DNA of 64,000 nucleotides from Amoeboaphelidium protococcarum X5 (taxonomy: Eukaryota; Fungi; Aphelidiomycota), in the NCBI GenBank assembly GCA_023515725.1, contig JALDTO010000142.1, positions 1-64,000 on the forward strand, read 5' to 3'. Under the pieces are notes generated by a model, which saw only the letters and a list, made by a program, of their open reading frames with translations, was not told the origin of the DNA and did not search any database. Shown one piece after another: positions 57,383 to 64,000 of this stretch. A program made the translations under genes and the position numbers. Within the stretch, counting starts at the first letter, position 1, and each line of letters opens with the position of its first letter.

Positions 57383-58087
57383 AGGGACGTTGCGAAACCG
57401 TTTTTGTTTCGCGAAATTGTTTCGTTTGACAGCAACAAACAAAGCGACGAAAGAAAAGCGAGCGCTCGCGAAGCAAAACTCCAGCAAAATTGCTTCCCGG
57501 AAGCACCTGCGAAGCAAAAATAAATTTTTACTCAAACAGCTCTCAAACTTGCTCTTACCATTTTCGATGGTGGGCAAAATGATACCAGCATCCATTTTGG
57601 GCCGAAAAGCGATTATTAGCCAGAATTCATGGCTCAACATGTGTAGGTAGCCTCTGCACCTTACAGCGCTGTTAATTTTATGCCTCTCTGATCAAATTAT
57701 CCACTTTTCCATAAGGTTGTAATATTGAAAGACTTGAGAAAGTAGATAGTTACCTCTAGAGATGTCTGAAAAGTAAAAAAGGTCCCCTTGGCCTGAGTAT
57801 TTGAACTGCTAGGTGCTTCAGTGCAATGCTATGTACCAACTCTCAGTGATTAGCTGAATACCGTTCCAGTTTTATTTATATGTTAATATTTACCCTCTAG
57901 AGTACTCTAATAACTTTCTAGCATAAAATATTATAAATATATATACTACTCTGTAAATTTACCAACGAAAGATTTTTGCTTTAAATGCGCCCGCAACGGC
58001 CTTCGAAATTAGTTCGTTCGCAAACGCTTCGTCTGTTTGTGCGCGAACGAAAAGCGAGCGAAGAAAAAACAGTTTCGCAACGTCCCT
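57383..58087. mobile_element. 705-bp non-autonomous TIR element (MITE), 3-bp AAT TSD, PIF/Harbinger-type ends
   Basis: TIR AGGGACGTTGCGAAAC...GTTTCGCAACGTCCCT (16 bp perfect). AAT at 57380-57382 and 58088-58090. Removing it gives GGCAATAACTCC versus paralog GGCATTAACTCC. Confidence 0.9.
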
Positions 58088-60598
58088 AATAACTCCAATC
58101 TTTATTCAATAGTGCCAAATTCGGCTGGCCATTCACCTGGAGATAATACCAGCGAAACGACGACATAATACTCTGGTCGAATACACCCGACACCAATGCC
58201 TTCAAAAATATCTATTAATTAAATGCAACAGCCGAGCCGGCCTGAGTACTTGAGCTAGATTTAATGTCCCTAAAGTTATGATCCTTTAGCTGATCCAATG
58301 ATAGCTACCGATAAATCAACGCGAATCTAGTCTCAAAATCAAGTTAGTGCAGCTCTTAAGGAGATGACAATTCTTATAGAGTGAAAAGCCCAAACTTAGC
58401 TAACACCAATTTTTTACTAGACTCCATTTGGAGGAATATATGTAATCCATTATTAGAAGGACGGAAGTAGCGCTTCAGTTCTGCATCATTCATACTCCTG
58501 AACGCAATCACCATTATATCAAAATCGCGCGGCGATAGAGACTCTTTCTAACATATCTTATAGAAAGCGGAAGTGACAAATTAGCAATGCACCAGAGATT
58601 ATCCAAATGTCGAAGCGGCAAGCATATCGAGATCTTTTATCTCTTTTTAAATCCCAGCCAGCTGATTGAATTATTTGACGAGAAATAGTGTCTAAAACAC
58701 ACCCTCTAACGAATTCTTGGTGTCATAATTGTTTATAAGTTTAACGCACATCTCATAGAATGTAGAAATCTTATCAACATGCTGGTGATAGTATGCACGG
58801 AAAATCATTGAGGAAAGCTCTTTCTTGCCTTGATTCAAAGCTTTAGATGTAATATGCGCCATATAGTCAGCATGAGCGTCTTGGTCTAGCCTTTGTATGA
58901 TCAATCTTATAATTTAAAACCCAAACTTGTAATCAGTAAATTACAACACCCAATTAGTTGGACCAACAAGAAGCTCCCTGCTCGGCAACACAGGTATCAA
59001 GCATTAAGTAGCAAGCAATGGTTTGCCTTGAGCAAACAGTACTTGATCACGTTAAAGTGACAGGGGAGTGGCAACCTCGTAAATCTTTTAGAGCAACTTC
59101 TGCTTGAGATCATTATCTTCTCCGGACATGATCTCTGATGACAAGTATACAATAGAGATGATAGGCAGAGGCTTATAAACCTGTGTAGCATCTTGAAAAT
59201 CAATAACATCCAACGCGTCATACAAAGGCTTAAGGCATTGCTAAAGAAATGCAGGATTTGTACTGCTGATTCGACTGTCAACGGTCAGCTCTGCCATCAA
59301 AGAACTCAAATCCAATTGAAATGCATCAGTATCAGGCGATACTTGAACCAATTCTATATGCTCATACAGCGGATAGCATTAGACATTCTGCAATTAGTCA
59401 ATAAAGAGCTCGTGATTAATCGCATCGTAAAGAGGATGTCTTACTCTAAGCGGAAGTAGCTCTAACAAGGGATAAGCATTGGCATTGATCTACAAAGCCA
59501 AATAAACGGAGATTACTAAGCCATACAATAACCTCATTGGCGCCACTACCATCACTTTTTGTCAAGGTCTTAGTACCTTCTATAAGAGAGAACAGATAGT
59601 TGAGGAGAAGAATAAACTATATATAAAAATTTTTACATTTTTGGAAATTCGGACATTTCGCTAGTTAGGGGTCAACCACGTGTATTTTCAGTTGAGTTTG
59701 TGCACGCGTTATCGCGTTAAGTACATTTTAAATGTAAAGACTTTTTATAAGCAATATTATTGAAGGATTAAGACTATTAAGAGCAGCAGCAAATTAACTA
59801 AATCTCGATTTGTTTTAATACGATTGAACGCTACCACGGGGAGTGTAGCTTCGTGCGTTGCTTCAGCTTTAAACTCATCCATAATACTATAGAGCTTTGA
59901 TAAGCTGAGAATCATTGTGGCTGTTTGAAGTATCGCCAGCTTGATATCGGACAGACTGTTAAAGCTCATGTCGTTTGAGAATTTTATTATACACGATTAA
60001 TGCGTTTAGGCGCTGAGGATTTAAGCAAGCTCATATGTGAAAAATGATTATTGACAGTTACTCGGTCCACGTACTCTGAACTATGAGAGTTTGCGTACTA
60101 ATTGTTAAGAATAGTATAAGAGAGTGAAGTGAATATGAGATATAATAAGTATATTTACAGTTGTTTCAACTCTTGTATAATAAAGAGAGAGAGAGTGAGT
60201 GACTGAAACGCGTCAACACGGTTTCAGCTCAACACTAATCGCATCTAGTTCCGTTAAACTTCTCTAGCAGTAGGCGACTAAAAACTATTGTACCAACGCG
60301 TAAGCGATTAAGAATTTACAATAATTAATTCTTAGACAGCCACAAGTGTTTTTACTCAACCTGCTCCAAATCTTGAGGTGATATCAAGTATTATCTTCCT
60401 TTTCACATACTGATAACCCATGGGATGATATAGAACAATGCGCACTATATGAAGGGCGTTTAATACTATGAGACAGTTGTAAAATGTTTTCGACCGAACT
60501 ATTAAATGAGTACAGAGGTAATAAAATTATATCTTGATAATATTTTAGGGTGTTATCATTCATAATAATACAAGTTAATCTAGCTGATAAAAAACCAA

Positions 60599-62542
60599 TC
60601 AAATCTTTTATCTCTTCTTTTACGGACGTCCTCGCTTTTTGGGTTCAGCAGCAGTCTACGGGACTTAAGTGAGTTGTGGCAGTACTGGCACAGGATATTG
60701 TGGCACGAACTGTGCCCCAGAGGTAAAGGCTGAATATCCGGAATCATCTGTATTTGGAGAATCGCCCATAAGATTAGGATGTTGCCCGCTTATAAGAGGA
60801 CTATTCAGCATCGATTTAAGGTTGGAATAATCTTGAGGTGCTGAAGCAATATCTCCTGTAGTCACTACGCGTCTTATAAAAGGTATACCATCCACTAAAC
60901 TTATATTGTCAGTCACCGCAGATTAAATAGGTTGTGTAGGCTTGACAATAAACTCGTTTCCACTTGCGGACTAAGCTTTGTCTTGACCTGGTTGAATTAG
61001 ATTTTACAGTCTACCCAGCAAGATGCAATAGGATTTAGCGTCTTGACTTAGCACATTCTTCCCTTAACGGCATTAACTCCAATCTTCATTCAGTAGTGCC
61101 AAATCAAGCTCACCATTTTTAACTTAAAGATAATACTAGCGAAAAGATGACGTTATACTCTGGTCAAAAACACCCGACGCTAATGACTTCAAAAATTTCT
61201 CCTAATTAAATGCTACAGCTTAGCCGGCAGAAGGTGCTGATGTTGATCCGTAGATAGTGCTGGCCAAGTCATGAGCATTAGGCTAATCCAATGATAAATG
61301 TCGATAAAGCAACGCGAACCTAGTCTCAAAATTTAAAAGGTGCAGCTATCTTGGAGGCGATAATTCTTATATCGTAAAATATCCATGTTGCGCTAAATGC
61401 ATTTGTTAACTAGGCCCCAACTAGAGAAATATATCTTAACCATTCATAGGAGGACTGAAATAGAGCTACAGCTCAGTTTTGGTCATACTGTTAAAAGCAG
61501 CCACTACAACATCGGGATCAGTAACTAGCGATGGGACTTATTTCTAGCACATCTTATGGAAAGCAGAGCTAACAAATCTGTAATGACCCAGAGATTGGTC
61601 AAGAGCCGAGTCAGCCATGATATTGAGATTTTAAATCTCTTTCGAGTTTCCAGCCAGACGATTGAATTTATCGACGAGAATCAGCATCTTAAGCACACCT
61701 TATAATTAATTTTTACTCCCATACTTCTAAATAAGTCTTATGCACATCTCATAGTACGCCTAAATCGTGTCTGCCTGCTAAAAGTAGTAAGTTTGGAAGA
61801 TCATTGAGGAAAGTTCACTTTAGCCTAGAGTCAAGGTCTTTGCGATAATATGCGCGACGTATTCAGCCTTTGCATGATTATCCAGCTTCTGCATGATCAA
61901 ATTTATAATAACATACCCAAAATTTTAATTAGTGAATGATAACGCCAAATTGGTGAGACCGACAAGAAGCTCCTTAGTCGGCAACACAGGTACCAAGTAC
62001 AAAGAGGCCACTAGAGGCTTGCCTTGAGCAAAGAGTTCCAGATCACGCTCAAGTGACAGGGGAGTGGCAACTTGGTAAATCTTCTAGAACAATTTCTGAT
62101 TCAAATCGGTACTTTAACTGGACAAGATCCAATTTGGCACGTAATTAATAGAGATGATAGGCAGAGGCTTATAAATCTGTGCAGCATCTTGAAAATCAAT
62201 AACATCCAACGCGTCATACAAAGGCTTAAGGCATTGCTATAGAAATGTAGGGTCCACATTACTGATTTGACTGTCAAACGTCAGCTATGCCATTAAAGGA
62301 CTCAAATCCAATTAGAACGCATCAGTCTCAGGCCATATTTAAACCAATCTGATATGATCATACAGAGGATAGCACTAGACATTCTGCAGTTGATCAATTA
62401 AGAGCCCATGATTAAAGACATCATACAGCGGATTACTCATTCTAAGAGGTAGAAGCTCTAACAAGGAATACGTCGTCGCATCAATAGGAAGCATCAAGCA
62501 AAGCGAGACCATTAGACAACAAAAATACCTGAAAGACACCAT
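60599..62542 (-). CDS. Secreted family C copy 2 with C-terminal AT-hook/NLS
   Basis: MVSFRYFCCLMVSLCLMLPIDA signal peptide. 647 aa. Ends EPKKRGRPQKKRQKI-TGA. Confidence 0.82.
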
Positions 62543-62980
62543 GTTGATCACGCTGTCACCAAGATTTATGACTGTAAATCAGAGCAAATGGAAGTGTGAG
62601 AGATGCTAAGCAGAGAGTAAGAAGCGGATAAATTTTTTTCACACTTAGGACCCCTAATTCGTATATTCACTTTATATTCCGCGAATCAGGGGTCTTCCAC
62701 GAGTAGGTGAATCATTAGTGCATTGGCTCTACATCTATGACAAAGTTTAACATTTCTTATGCGGAAATCGACTGACTGCTTTATTGTCGTCGCGTTGAAC
62801 TTCTAACTGAATACAGTGTGGTTTACTCGAAGCTTTTTTTAGTAAGTGTTGAACTCACATGCTTTGGTACTGTTTTTAGTTTCCTTACAGTTCTCCCCGC
62901 TCCTGAGCGACTGAATTACACGCGGCCGAGTCTTAAGAAGAAACAACACTTGCATACTAAATTCAATACGTTTATTCCAG

Positions 62981-64000
62981 TCATTTGTATATATCTTTTA
63001 ATACTTTTGCAAATTCTTCACTATCAAAGTCAAAGTCTTCTAAGTCTGCCTAAATTTAATGTGGATTCAACAGATGATCAGTATTGGAGATGTTGTTATC
63101 AGAGGTCGATGGCTGGACGCGCTCTATTTCCATTTAATCGCCCTGAGGAAACAAGTACTCAGCATTTGCATCCAGTACAAATTCTGCAAGCATCTTTTGC
63201 TCATCCTCCTAATTTAACTATCTAGGATGCTATTGAGTGCTCTCGTAGAGGAACAAAATGCGCTTAATCAGAATATGATACGCCCACAACTGTAGGTACT
63301 CTTCAACGAATTACAGCTTCGACAGCTGTTCCAGCACTAAATGTTCCTGCTGAACGTCCTCAATGAATAAGACACCATTCGAGTCAGAATATCTAGGAAT
63401 TAACTCGTCGACATAATCATCAATGACAGAGATTCGCTCAGCAGTCCAAGGAGACGTCTACTCCTTCATCACAATGTCAAAGGCTTTGATCAAGTCAGAT
63501 TCTCCCTTTTAGATGTCCATCAGTATCTTGAGACGCGTCTGAAAAGATAGCTGCAAAAACTGTTTATTAGATATAAACTTTTCAGGGACAAGTAACTGAT
63601 TCATAAGTTCCAGCTTTACTCTTTAAGAAAAATTGGCGTACAAGTTCCATCGATAAGGCAGAGTATCAAAATACCTAATCAAGTCAGTCTCGGTCATCAG
63701 CTACACAATGTTAATGATTTGGCTTAATGTGAGCATACTCAACTCCAACTACTCATTCTAAAGCATCTCTTGAAATAAATGTTACGCGTATTGAGGAATC
63801 TAATGTGCAGTCATTTAACGGTTAATAAAATCGATTGTCAATCCGTAATAATTACTCTGTGGCATCAATCTGTTCACCGTGACTAATGCAGCAATTTCAT
63901 CACGCAGACGATTGAAATCCAGAGTTGGAAGAGTTGTTGCCAGATACTCCACTAATTTGTCTACAGCCTAAAACTCAAACGCAACGTTGCCGTGGATATA
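62981..64000 (-). CDS. Family B copy 2, 3' part (5' end beyond window)
   Basis: Open frame from the window edge: YIHGNVAF...YFDTLPY...ADLEDFDFDSEEFAKVLKDIYK-TGA, homologous to 54621-56360. Confidence 0.8.

Larger units (their letters stand above)
56766..59552 (-). pseudogene. Secreted family C copy 1, interrupted by a MITE
   Basis: Signal peptide from ATG 59552, colinear with 60599-62542. The insertion at 57383-58087 adds an in-frame TGA. The remainder ends ESKKRARPYQKRQKRNGTSGSS-TGA. Confidence 0.82.

Noticed and set aside
57383-58087. ORFs 57312-57650 as genes, or the MITE as an hAT element or intron
   Set aside because: The ORFs are low-complexity subterminal sequence, there is no 8-bp TSD, and the ends are not GT-AG on the gene strand.

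Overview
Compact, gene-dense eukaryotic nuclear DNA that uses a non-standard genetic code: TAA and TAG read as Gln and TGA is the only stop (translation table 6). The supplied standard-code ORF track therefore fragments almost every gene. Gene content looks opisthokont/fungus-like. Together with the code, this points to an aphelid such as Amoeboaphelidium (inference, not searched). Re-translation gives about 30 genes, mostly intronless. Housekeeping genes include MAK21 (partial), EFG1, FAD synthase, Rap1GAP, PAT1, a TBC protein, RPL4, GDPD, CNOT9, a NEK2/NimA kinase, an ARAP-like GAP, a GRIP golgin, a TLC protein, PAM16, a Pcl cyclin, SFT2, FAX/metaxin, DFG10 and SPT5. There are two accessory islands of signal-peptide orphan proteins (13.7-18.6 kb and 50.2-64 kb). 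Highlights: (1) a 4.5-kb TIR element (18577-23062, IS3EU-like) carrying a DDE integrase plus an intact alpha-kinase, sitting at a rearrangement junction; (2) a secreted His-brace LPMO-like protein; (3) three tandem effector-like families, one ending in an AT-hook/NLS, with one copy knocked out by a 705-bp MITE; (4) strong apparent enrichment of the palindrome ACGCGT; (5) all 7 introns are GTAA...TGTAG. All coordinates and translations were done by hand.
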